Shown piece after piece: positions 29,601-37,845 of a stretch of 64,000 nt of DNA. This stretch comes from Planctomycetota bacterium (GTDB taxonomy: Bacteria > Planctomycetota > PLA2 > JAEUHO01). Made by a program: the position numbers and the translations under genes. Every line of letters begins with the position of its first letter. Positions within the stretch are counted from its first letter, which is position 1. The notes beneath the pieces are model-generated. The model did no database searches and was not told where the DNA came from. It saw only the letters and a list, made by a program, of their open reading frames with translations. The DNA lies in NCBI GenBank assembly GCA_965222115.1, contig CBDCTJ010000007.1, positions 1,696,001-1,760,000 of the forward strand. Reading direction: 5' to 3'.

Positions 29601-31042
29601 AGGCTCCAGAGAAGGACGCCGACGCCAATACGAAGAAGGACGACAAGAAACCCACCACGCCTACGGCAGCGCCCAAGCCGCCTAAGCCCGTGGCTTCAAA
29701 GGCAAGCTCGACCTCCAAGAACGAGACGCCGGCTATGCCTTCAAAGCCAGTGCCGTCAAAGCCAATGCCGGAGAAGCCAGCGGCGAAGAACACAGCCGAA
29801 GCCACGTCCGCGAAGAAGGACGCTGCGACCCCTTCGAAGCCCGCGCCTGCCAAAGATACAGACGCGGCGGTGCCAACAAAGGCAACGTCGTCTGCCCCAG
29901 GATCGGTTGACTCAACGACTCGCGTCGCAGGACCCACTGACACGCTCGCGGATGTTCGCGTGGGGGAGTGGGCGCGCTACACCCTTTCGTCTAAGAGTGG
30001 AAAACCGGCCACACTCACGCTGCGTGTCAGCTCGGCGAGCGATGGCAAGGTGGGTTTGACGAAGACGATGAATGGAGCGTCGTCGTCTTCAATTGACATA
30101 CCAACCACGTGGGTCAACGCACCCCTCGAAGAGGCGCTTCGTGCCGTGGGCAGTGTGCGAAGTCAACGCATGGTGAAGGCCAAGGTCGATGGCAAGGACG
30201 TTGACGCGTTCTTGGCCACACTTGCCTACGCCGGGGGCGATTTGGAAGCACGCTTTAGCAATCGCGTGCCCGTGCTTGGCTTGATTTCGCTGCAAGCGGG
30301 TGACACGAAGATCCTCACATTGGATGCGTTTGGCGTTGGCGACGCGAAGGCACCTGCCAAGCCAACTTCAAAGAATGCCGGGGATTCGAAACAAGCTCCG
30401 GCATCGAAGAAGGACGCTCCGTCCAAGCAAGACACGGTCAAGAAAGTCGAGGCGTCCACGAAAGAAGATGGCCCAAACGACGCTGTTCCGGGACCCCGCG
30501 ATGCCTCCTCGAGCGAGACTTCCGGGAAGACGCCGCCCGGCGGTGAGGCATCCGACGACGCACCCACGAAGAAGAACGCACCGCCCAATCCCCTTCACGA
30601 CGCCAAGGTGGGCGAATGGACGCGCAGTCGCATCATCGTTCAAGGCGCGGAGGCCGAAGCAACCCTGCGCGTTGTTGAGGTGACCGAGGACGAGGTCAAA
30701 CTCGAAAGTCGGATGCGCTACAAGAGCCGTGAACTCCGCGCCAATACAATCAAGCGACCGCGATCCGAGAAAATGAGGCTTCGCGGTAAGCGCGGAAAGA
30801 CCGCGACGGTTTCTCGCGAAACCATCACCATCGACGGCAAAGACTTAGACTGTTACGTGCTCACCCGCACGTTGCGTGGCAAGCGTGTGATTCGTCGTTG
30901 GATCTGTCTCGATGTGCCCGGTGATGGTGTGGTACGCGTAGAGCGCGGCGGCACCGTCATTCGCGAGATCGTCGCGTGGGGCACAAAGCCCAAGAGTGAC
31001 GACGACGCCGAAAGCAAAGACGCCAGCGAGCCGACGAAGTAA
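26621..31042 (+). CDS. Tricorn-like S41 peptidase (PD40/TolB propellers, PDZ, S41) with a long C-terminal extension
   Basis: Many SPDGK repeats, ELNASH, PDZ (LRVGDEIVAIN), IDIRGNGGG, catalytic FSDAE, LEGHGVKPDI; signal peptide. Confidence 0.92.
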   Translation: MTPMTLRTRFACLLGAFALALLAGPAMAKDDAKQSAKKAPAKKRAKKKAEKPTLGLRYPSLTPDGKRVVFGYRGDLWIAPIEGGAQPERLTIHEAQDTIARVSPDGEHIAFTSRRDGGYDIFVIPVEGGEPKRITHNSGAEVLCDWSPDGKKILFMSNREPSLARMNLYEVPVAGGTPRRLTHDGGREARYSNDGKQIIYVRGSNTIYQDNYKGSGNYDIYTVPVEGGIPTQVTKTDGNERWPTFTEDGKKIRFVTEERGVANFYEMTVGETKRRRVTKFRGADVHRPCYAWKGDGVVFELSGKLYHTDLSAKKPKAHPIRLTVRGDVRHSGVVERQVTRGVEHVHLSSDGSKMVCSVHGDIWVMDASGGSATRLTSGPHKDEWPRLSPNGKVVAFQSNRAGKSDIFLLSVRDKKIKRLTKHAADDFFHSWSPDGKRLVFTSERSGNRDIWTIDVATGKVKQLTREKGNEDDPVFSPDGKSIAFDSDRSGGQAIFIMNADGSNPRKVSSGTGFYQVPNYSPNGRMLVYESMNPATGRSRGLFVCKASGGSSMRIASEGMGSCWSPRGDYIYYSVGNRGNQEVYRVPAPTAIENREKVPFIGKIDVDLRRELADLFDEAWNALGKGFYDRKMHGVSWRKMRDKYRPMAIDAENKAEFQNIVSQMLAELNASHLGIGGGRPRSIAVAAKATPTGSLGATFADKRGEHGGFVIRSMLPNGPAFKARLRVGDEIVAINKKNVKPTTDIDELLTGTLGKEIHIAYHPHTAEGLGDRVEHSITPTSARALSLAMRVRELEKRAKTVKTDTKGKIGYIYLSMMNQQNLGKFQRQVAVWNRNKKIKGMIIDIRGNGGGNIHQQLLQILSAKPYAHVEVRGGRRKMPQPALYWDKPVCVLIDERSFSDAEVFPYCFKSLKLGKVIGVPTPGGVIGTNDITLSDGSSFRIPRVGYYGIDGTNLEGHGVKPDILVEMTPEDRIKGRDPQLARAIEHMLIETGLKKAPEKDADANTKKDDKKPTTPTAAPKPPKPVASKASSTSKNETPAMPSKPVPSKPMPEKPAAKNTAEATSAKKDAATPSKPAPAKDTDAAVPTKATSSAPGSVDSTTRVAGPTDTLADVRVGEWARYTLSSKSGKPATLTLRVSSASDGKVGLTKTMNGASSSSIDIPTTWVNAPLEEALRAVGSVRSQRMVKAKVDGKDVDAFLATLAYAGGDLEARFSNRVPVLGLISLQAGDTKILTLDAFGVGDAKAPAKPTSKNAGDSKQAPASKKDAPSKQDTVKKVEASTKEDGPNDAVPGPRDASSSETSGKTPPGGEASDDAPTKKNAPPNPLHDAKVGEWTRSRIIVQGAEAEATLRVVEVTEDEVKLESRMRYKSRELRANTIKRPRSEKMRLRGKRGKTATVSRETITIDGKDLDCYVLTRTLRGKRVIRRWICLDVPGDGVVRVERGGTVIREIVAWGTKPKSDDDAESKDASEPTK

Positions 31043-31157
31043 GACTTCACATCGTTCATTCGTCCGTTGCAACAGATACGCATGGAGCCGCCAAAGAGGT
31101 TCGGCAAATGTAGCTGCTCAACGGTCGCTCGATACCATGGCCCTGGAGGGTGTATAA

Positions 31158-32294
31158 ATGACGAAGTCAAGCGTTGCGTGCGCATTGGCGTTACCGCTAT
31201 TGGTACTCATAGCCATCTTCGGTATGCGCGACGCGATAGCCAGGGATCAGGACCTCGCGAAGTTCCTCATCAAGCACGGGCGCGCCGAGCTTGCAAAGGG
31301 GAAGTACGAAGACGCGATGGTGAAGTTCGTCAAGGCACGGCGCGAAGATCCCACAATGTTGGAGGCTACCTATTGGTTGGCGCAGGCACTGGACAAACGA
31401 AAAAATATCCAGACGGCCGTTCGTGAATACAGGAGATTCCTTCAAAACGTTCACGAAGCCACACTCGCGGGCGTGGTCCGAAAGGAAGACAAGAAGCTCT
31501 TGTCCAAGGCGCGATCGCGCCTGAAATCGCTTGACCGTGTGGGTGTGGCGATTGACGGCATTCACGCGAAGTTCGCCGACGCATTGTGCGCAGCTGCGAA
31601 GGACAAAATGAAGAGCGACGCGGGGTTTGCGTTGCATGCCATGAAGTGGGCCCAGTCGGTGGCGCCAACTCACACGGCAAGCGCGACCATGCTCAAAGAA
31701 ATTGAGTCACGTCGAGGGCCGCGCACGCCTGCATTTGACACCATCACCCGTTGGCGTGATCTGTTGGCGAGTCATTACTTCGGACGAAATGACGGTTGGA
31801 CGTACAAGGGCCCCGAAGTCGAGATTCATGCGCAAGGGGGTGCGCAAGTGAAGTCCCCCAAGCCCATCCGAAGCGGCACGTCGTATGGCGTTACGGTTGA
31901 CGTTGAACTGCTTGCATTTCTCAACGACGCCAAGACATCGGTGTTTGGTATCACGTTTGCGGTGTCGGAGGACGAGGCGTTGGGCGCACTATTCATCCAC
32001 AACAAAGGCAAGCAGGACCGGGTCGCGTTGTCGCATATTGACCTGAGGTCGAAAAAGGATCGCCCGATCAAGGTGCTAAACATGGAACCGTGGAAGCCGG
32101 GAATTCCACGAAGGATCTCGGTTCGTGTGGTGGGGAAATCCGTGGAAGTGTTTCTCAATGACAAGTCGGTCATGCGAGAGTCGATCGAGTCGATGTCATC
32201 GCTACAGGGGTCAATTGGCATTACGTACCAGAATGCACGCTTTCGCCTTACGAAGTTCAAGTTCGGAATGGAGATCGCTGAGGACAAAAAATGA
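31158..32294 (+). CDS. Secreted TPR + beta-sandwich (DUF1080/ConA-like) protein
   Basis: Signal peptide, TPR-like helices (GKYEDA...EATYWLA), C-terminal ISVRVVGKSVEVFLND...GSIGI. Confidence 0.7.
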   Translation: MTKSSVACALALPLLVLIAIFGMRDAIARDQDLAKFLIKHGRAELAKGKYEDAMVKFVKARREDPTMLEATYWLAQALDKRKNIQTAVREYRRFLQNVHEATLAGVVRKEDKKLLSKARSRLKSLDRVGVAIDGIHAKFADALCAAAKDKMKSDAGFALHAMKWAQSVAPTHTASATMLKEIESRRGPRTPAFDTITRWRDLLASHYFGRNDGWTYKGPEVEIHAQGGAQVKSPKPIRSGTSYGVTVDVELLAFLNDAKTSVFGITFAVSEDEALGALFIHNKGKQDRVALSHIDLRSKKDRPIKVLNMEPWKPGIPRRISVRVVGKSVEVFLNDKSVMRESIESMSSLQGSIGITYQNARFRLTKFKFGMEIAEDKK

Positions 32295-33376
32295 TACGTT
32301 GTCTCGCAGTGGCAGGGTGGGTCGTGGTGGGCTGGTTCGGGGCGGTGGCCCTCGCGAAGGAACCACCGGCGGCCGACGCCATCGATGTCCCCAAGCGCAT
32401 GGCCGAAGCGCAACAAGCCCTTGAGTCGAAAGCGTGGGATGACGCCGTTCGCCATGCCCGAGCTGTGTTGCGCGAGGTGAGCGATCACGTGCCAGCCTAT
32501 GTGATTCTCGGCAAGGCCTATGCGGGGAACGACGCACTCGAAAAGCAGCTCGATGCGTATCGAGAGGGCACCGCGCTACTTCGCCGTGCCGTGCCGCTCG
32601 ACAAAGAGCAACGCCACGATTGGGACGAAATGATTGGTATCCTGAAGGCGAAGAGTAGCTCCGACGCAGCGATCATCGCCAGCGCGAAGAAACATGCCGA
32701 TAAACTGGTGTCGTTGAGTTCGAAGAGTCTCAAGAAAGATCCTTACGGTGCGGAGCGAGCTGCTCTCGCTGCACTGGCACTCGATCCCACGCACGAGCCC
32801 GCAGCTGCCGCGTTGACGGCCGCACAAGCGGGACTCGTGGGAAATGCAAAGCAGCTCATCTCAACGTCCATGGCGGCGTGGACATGGTTAACGAAGAAGA
32901 ACTGGTACGCGAGTGGTAAGTCGTTTATCGGTGATGTGCCCGATGGCGCACTCTCGATTCGGACCAATCGCAAGTGGCCTATCGTCGCTGACATCGTGAT
33001 CGAGGCGCGGCTCTTGGATCCGTATGAAGACAAGGGTCCCACGGAGCTGGGTATTGTTGCGCCGTATCCCAGCGATGAGCAACTCTTGTGTTTTTCGCTC
33101 TTGGCGGACAAGCTTGAAATTTATGAGAAGACGTCGAAGCGAAGGGCATTGACGCACGTGTCGAAACGCATAACGTCTCTCGACCCTCCCGTGGACCCCA
33201 AGGCCTGGAACGTGTACCAATTCCGACTGCGTAAGAACGAAGTGATTGCGCTTGTGAACGACGTTGAAGTGGGTCGGTGCTCGCGTCCCAAGCATCTCGT
33301 TGAAGAGGGTTACTTGGGACTCAAAGTGCAGTACGGCAAATTCGAGTTCCGGTCGATCAAGGTAGTTCGGAAGTAG
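32291..33376 (+). CDS. Secreted TPR + beta-sandwich (DUF1080/ConA-like) protein, paralogous architecture to the upstream gene
   Basis: ATGA overlap, signal peptide, TPR (AYVILGKAY), C-terminal WNVYQFRL...ALVND...GYLGL...EFRSIKV. Confidence 0.7.
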   Translation: MIRCLAVAGWVVVGWFGAVALAKEPPAADAIDVPKRMAEAQQALESKAWDDAVRHARAVLREVSDHVPAYVILGKAYAGNDALEKQLDAYREGTALLRRAVPLDKEQRHDWDEMIGILKAKSSSDAAIIASAKKHADKLVSLSSKSLKKDPYGAERAALAALALDPTHEPAAAALTAAQAGLVGNAKQLISTSMAAWTWLTKKNWYASGKSFIGDVPDGALSIRTNRKWPIVADIVIEARLLDPYEDKGPTELGIVAPYPSDEQLLCFSLLADKLEIYEKTSKRRALTHVSKRITSLDPPVDPKAWNVYQFRLRKNEVIALVNDVEVGRCSRPKHLVEEGYLGLKVQYGKFEFRSIKVVRK

Positions 33377-33394
33377 CGCGCGGGGCGGACCGAA

Positions 33395-35530
33395 TCACTT
33401 CTTTTTCGCCGCCTCAATCTCCTTGCGGATGCCTTCCGCGATGGACTGGGGCGCCACGCGATACTCGTGGGGCTCTAGGCTGTAGACGCCACGACCTTGG
33501 CTCATACCGCGCAGCACCTCGGAATACTTGAACATTTCCGCAAGCGGTACGTGGCCGTAGATGCGCATGGCGTCACCACTGCCCTTTTCTGTCTTTTCCA
33601 CCTGCCCACGGCGCTGGTTCAAGCTACCGAGCACGTCGCCCAAGTTGGCTTCCGGCGCAGTAATCACGATCTGCATCCACGGTTCCAAGATGTTTACGCC
33701 CACCTTGGCCACGGCTTCGCGCAGCGCGAGCTTGCCCGCGGCGCGGAAGGCCATTTCGGATGAGTCCACCTCGTGGTGCTTGCCGTCGTAGAGATTGAAG
33801 TGCATTTTCACGAAGGGGAATCCAAGCGGATAACCCTCTTCGCACGCTTCCTTCAATCCATAGTCCACGGCGGGAATGTACTCACGCGGCACGGAACCAC
33901 CCACCACGGTGGATTCGAAGGTGTTCTCGGTTTCGTCGTGGATCGACATTTTGATGCGTGCCACGGCGAACTGACCGCGACCACCGGACTGCTTGACGTG
34001 GCGGCCTTCGATTTCGCAGTCTTTCTTGAGCGTTTGACGATAGGCCACCTTGGGCTTACCCACTTCGCAGCCAATACGGAACTCCGTAAGCAACCGGCTG
34101 ATCAATACGTCGAGGTGAAGTTCACCCATACCCGAGATGATCGTGTCGCCGGTTTCATCATCGGTGTAGGCCTTGAACGTGGGATCTTCCTTGGAAAGAC
34201 GTGTAAGTGCTTCCCCAAGCTTATCGCGATCACCACGGCTCTTGGGTTGGATGGACATGGAGATGACGGTCTCGGGGAACGTCATGGGCTCAAGAAGAAT
34301 GGGCTCCTTCTTGGTGCAAAGTGTGTCGCCCGTGTAGGTGTCTTTGAGGCCAATACACGCGCCGATGTGTCCGGCGCCCAACTCGTCGATCAACTCGCGA
34401 TCGTTGGCGTGCATGATCATCAAACGACCGATACGCTCACGCTTGCTGCGCACGGCATTCCAGATCTGATCGCCTTGGCGCAACGTGCCGCTGTACACAC
34501 GCACGAAGTAGAGGTCGCCGTTCTTGTCGGCCACCGTCTTGAAGGCCAACGCCGAGAGCGGTTCATCCGGATCGGGATGACGAATGATGGGCGTTTCGCC
34601 ATCGAGGCTCGTGCCGTGAATCTCGGGTACGTCGAGGGGGCAGGGCAAGTAGTAGCCGATGGCGTCCAAAAGGCGCTGCACGCCCTTGTTGCGAAGCGCC
34701 GAGCCACACAGGACCGGCACAATGTTTCCTGCCAACACGCCCTTACGAATGGCCGGAAGCAGGTCATCGCGATGAAGCTCTTCACCGCCCAAGTAGCGCT
34801 CAAGCAATTCGTCATCAGACTCGGCGGCCGCCTCCACGAGTTCGTGGCGGAGCTCATCCACCTTCGCGCGAAGGTCGGCCGGCACCTCCTCCTCGTGCCA
34901 ACGACGACCTTGGCTCTCGTCGTCGTAGATAAATGCTTTCAACTCAAGCACATCGATAATGCCGCGAAAGTTCTGCTCGGCACCAATCGGATACTGAATT
35001 GGGAATGCTTTCGCACCCAAGCGTGTACGAATGGACTCAACGGCCATATCAAAGTCGGCGCCCGCTTTGTCCATCTTGTTTAGGAAGCAAAGTCGCGGCA
35101 CTTTGTGGCGGTTGGCCTGGCGCCACACCGTTTCGGACTGTGGCTCCACACCCGCCTGGGCGTCGAACACTGCCACAGCGCCATCGAGCACGCGCAAGGA
35201 GCGCTCAACTTCTGCAGTAAAGTCCACGTGACCGGGCGTATCGATAATGTTGTAGCGACAGCCCTTCCACTCGCAGTTGGTTGCGGCGCTGGTAATCGTG
35301 ATACCGCGTTCCTGTTCCTGCTGCATGTAGTCCATGGTGGCCGCGCCTTCATGGACTTCCCCGGTTCGATGAATACGACCCGAGTAAAACAACATGCGCT
35401 CGGTCACCGTGGTCTTGCCGGCGTCGATGTGCGCCATAATGCCGAAGTTGCGAACGTCGGCGAGGGGATTGCGCTTCTTGGCATCGCCTTCCATGGGAAT
35501 GCGAATCGGCGTGGGGGTCTGGGCGTTCAT
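33395..35530 (-). CDS. fusA: Elongation factor G (stand-alone copy)
   Basis: [46 protein letters not shown]. Start set at ATG 35530 (alternative 35494). Confidence 0.96.
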   Translation of the reverse strand: MNAQTPTPIRIPMEGDAKKRNPLADVRNFGIMAHIDAGKTTVTERMLFYSGRIHRTGEVHEGAATMDYMQQEQERGITITSAATNCEWKGCRYNIIDTPGHVDFTAEVERSLRVLDGAVAVFDAQAGVEPQSETVWRQANRHKVPRLCFLNKMDKAGADFDMAVESIRTRLGAKAFPIQYPIGAEQNFRGIIDVLELKAFIYDDESQGRRWHEEEVPADLRAKVDELRHELVEAAAESDDELLERYLGGEELHRDDLLPAIRKGVLAGNIVPVLCGSALRNKGVQRLLDAIGYYLPCPLDVPEIHGTSLDGETPIIRHPDPDEPLSALAFKTVADKNGDLYFVRVYSGTLRQGDQIWNAVRSKRERIGRLMIMHANDRELIDELGAGHIGACIGLKDTYTGDTLCTKKEPILLEPMTFPETVISMSIQPKSRGDRDKLGEALTRLSKEDPTFKAYTDDETGDTIISGMGELHLDVLISRLLTEFRIGCEVGKPKVAYRQTLKKDCEIEGRHVKQSGGRGQFAVARIKMSIHDETENTFESTVVGGSVPREYIPAVDYGLKEACEEGYPLGFPFVKMHFNLYDGKHHEVDSSEMAFRAAGKLALREAVAKVGVNILEPWMQIVITAPEANLGDVLGSLNQRRGQVEKTEKGSGDAMRIYGHVPLAEMFKYSEVLRGMSQGRGVYSLEPHEYRVAPQSIAEGIRKEIEAAKKK

Positions 35531-35614
35531 ACCAGCAGGCTCCGTCAAATAAATCGTGCGCGTCGTACGTCGCGCCTGGGTGGGGCGATGAACAAAATCG
35601 CGTCGGGCGTGTCC

Positions 35615-35659
35615 CATTGTGAGTCGGCACAATGTGAGTCGGCCCAATGTGAGTCGGTA
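35615..35659. repeat. 3 x 15-bp tandem repeat in the fusA / TPR-gene divergent intergenic region
   Basis: CATTGTGAGTCGGCA-CAATGTGAGTCGGCC-CAATGTGAGTCGGTA. Confidence 0.85.
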
Positions 35660-35705
35660 CGTGGTGCGCCGCGCCGAAGCCAAACGAACGTGGCGGAAAC
35701 TGAAT

Positions 35706-35729
35706 CGCAATTGCTTGATTGCAATTGCG
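35706..35729. promoter_or_regulatory. Inverted repeat, possible operator
   Basis: CGCAATTGC-ttgatt-GCAATTGCG; AT-rich dyad between divergent genes. Confidence 0.4.
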
Positions 35730-35904
35730 GGGTCGTCGCCGCTACCGTCCGGCCACGACCGGCATACACGGGGCGCTGTGTAGCAGGCAACCGAGCCCGC
35801 TTCACTCTCTTTTTGGGCACGAGTCGTGAAATCGGGCCATAGCGACGTGTTCGTTCGCGTCTGTGTTGTCCCCCCGAAGTGCGACGATTCGCGCCGGAGG
35901 GCCC

Positions 35905-37590
35905 ATGTGGCACGATGCCGAAGGTCGCCTGGACAAGGCGGTCGCACGCTACGACGAGGGAGATCTACGGACAGCGCGGACCATGCTCCGCGGGCTGGAT
36001 CGTCGGGGTGTAATTAGCCCGACCATCGATCTTTACCTCGGTCACTGTCACCTCGGCGAGGACGAGATTCCTGCAGCGATTCGTCGCTACCGACGTTGTG
36101 TGGCCCTCAGTCCCGACGATCCGGCACCATGGTTGGGGCTGGGTCTTTGTTACGGGCGCCTGGGTCGAATCCACCGTGCACTGCGCGCATTTGAAAATGC
36201 GTTGGCGCGAAATGAGAACATCGAGGACGCCCACTGCGGACTCACCCATTGCTACGCGCTGCTCGGGGACATGGAGCAAGCCGTTAAACACGCGCGACAT
36301 GCGGTGCGACTCGATCCCCGGTGTCCCCACGTCCATCGCCACATGGCACTGGCCTACCTCATTCGTGGTGAACCGTCGCAATCGCTCCGCGCGTGGCGCC
36401 GCGTGCGCGCCTTGGATCCGCTTTACCCCGAGCTGGCAGGCGGCATGGGACGCGCGCTACTCGATCTCGGACGGTACCGCGAGGCACGCGCGTCGTTTCA
36501 AATGGGTCTTGAGGGACCCATGGCGGCCGACGCCCACTTTGGACTCGGCGACGTCGCGCGGGTTCGCGGCGAGTGGGACGTCGCCACCACACATTACGAA
36601 CGCGCAGCGCGTATCGAGCCCGGCTTCAACGAAGCGCGCTATCGTTGGGCCGAGTCACTGCTCACGTTGGGACAACCTGTCGATGCGCGCCGCGCACTCA
36701 CGCCGCGATGGGAAGCCGACGAACCGTTGCGTCCGTATCCATCGGGGTTCGCACTTCTACGTGCCCGCATTGAGGCTGCCTGTGGCGCGCAAGCTACGGG
36801 ACTACGGTTGCTGCGCGACGAGCTGCGCGCTGCACAAACCGTCATCTTGGACGACGATGCAGGCACCTCATGGATCGACCGCATGAACGATCTTGGCGAG
36901 TACCTGCTCGATCGCGACCGATTGTTTGCTGCGCGTGCCGTGTTGCGGCGCGCGGGAAAGCGAGATGGGGGCACCGTACGAGCGTGGCGGTTGCTTGCGC
37001 GCGCCCAAGCGCGACTCGGCGACGGAAAACGCGCGCGCTCAACGTTGGCGCGAACGGCGCATCGTTGGCCCGAGGAAACCGAACTTGTATTGGATGGTTC
37101 GGCCGCGCAGTTCGCCGCAGGCCGTGTGGTATCGGCAGAACGCGCCTTACTTCACGGACTTGAACGCTGTCCTGTTTCGGCCGACCTTTGGGCCGCTGCA
37201 GGTGAACTCGCCCTGGAACGCGAGGACATCGATAGCGCTGCCATACGCGTTTCGGTTGCGCTTCGTTGCCATCCAAGACATCCATTGGCGTTGGGACTGC
37301 TCACACGCATTCACCTAGTGCGTGGCCATGCACGTCGTGCACTGCATGCTGGGCAAGCTGCAATGCGAGTCGTTCCACCGGGCGACCCTGCGATTCCCGC
37401 TTATGTCGAGGCCCTGTTGGCGGTCGATCAATGGCAGGCGGCTTTGCTACGCATTCGTCGTTACGTGCTCGATGCACCCGATGACCCCAATGGCTATCGC
37501 CTACTTGCTCGTTGTCACGAGCGTGCCGGTGACACAGCAGCGGCCGCAGTACAGCGACGGTTGGCGCGCCTAGTTGAGGGCAACAGGTAG
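35905..37590 (+). CDS. Tetratricopeptide-repeat protein
   Basis: GGAGG RBS before ATG 35905; serial TPR motifs ([28 protein letters not shown]). Confidence 0.85.
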   Translation: MWHDAEGRLDKAVARYDEGDLRTARTMLRGLDRRGVISPTIDLYLGHCHLGEDEIPAAIRRYRRCVALSPDDPAPWLGLGLCYGRLGRIHRALRAFENALARNENIEDAHCGLTHCYALLGDMEQAVKHARHAVRLDPRCPHVHRHMALAYLIRGEPSQSLRAWRRVRALDPLYPELAGGMGRALLDLGRYREARASFQMGLEGPMAADAHFGLGDVARVRGEWDVATTHYERAARIEPGFNEARYRWAESLLTLGQPVDARRALTPRWEADEPLRPYPSGFALLRARIEAACGAQATGLRLLRDELRAAQTVILDDDAGTSWIDRMNDLGEYLLDRDRLFAARAVLRRAGKRDGGTVRAWRLLARAQARLGDGKRARSTLARTAHRWPEETELVLDGSAAQFAAGRVVSAERALLHGLERCPVSADLWAAAGELALEREDIDSAAIRVSVALRCHPRHPLALGLLTRIHLVRGHARRALHAGQAAMRVVPPGDPAIPAYVEALLAVDQWQAALLRIRRYVLDAPDDPNGYRLLARCHERAGDTAAAAVQRRLARLVEGNR

Positions 37591-37845
37591 AGAGCAACAG
37601 GTAGAGCAGCAGGCGTGCGGTTGAACAACTGCCCCCACGACCAATACCAGTAACTGTTTGCGTAATCGACTCATGTGTCGTCGGTGGCGTAAGGCGCCCA
37701 CTTGTTAGTCTTTTGTATTGTTGCTAAATCTACAAATTGTCCCCTACGGTGAGGGCGAGTGCATCTATTTTAGGGTCGGGGTTTCGGCGCAACAGTCTAC
37801 ATCCAGAATTCAGGGCTCAGACCGGCTCCTTTTTGTGAGAAAGAT

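Noticed and set aside
33773-35083. 436-aa + strand ORF, and similar long antisense ORFs (4515-5357, 4874-5599, 28439-29257, 41143-42039)
   Set aside because: These are shadows of well-supported genes on the opposite strand, expected in GC-rich DNA, and show no recognisable motifs.
35531-35947. ~138-aa N-terminal extension of fusA in the ORF track (850 aa)
   Set aside because: No EF-G similarity; it runs through the intergenic repeats and overlaps the divergent TPR gene start.
37580-37606. Short local duplications (GCAACAGGTAGAG x2; also CTGTCCCTAGGAAT x2 at ~44316 and NHSQ x2 at ~47292)
   Set aside because: Two-copy 13-15-bp slippage duplications with no evident function.
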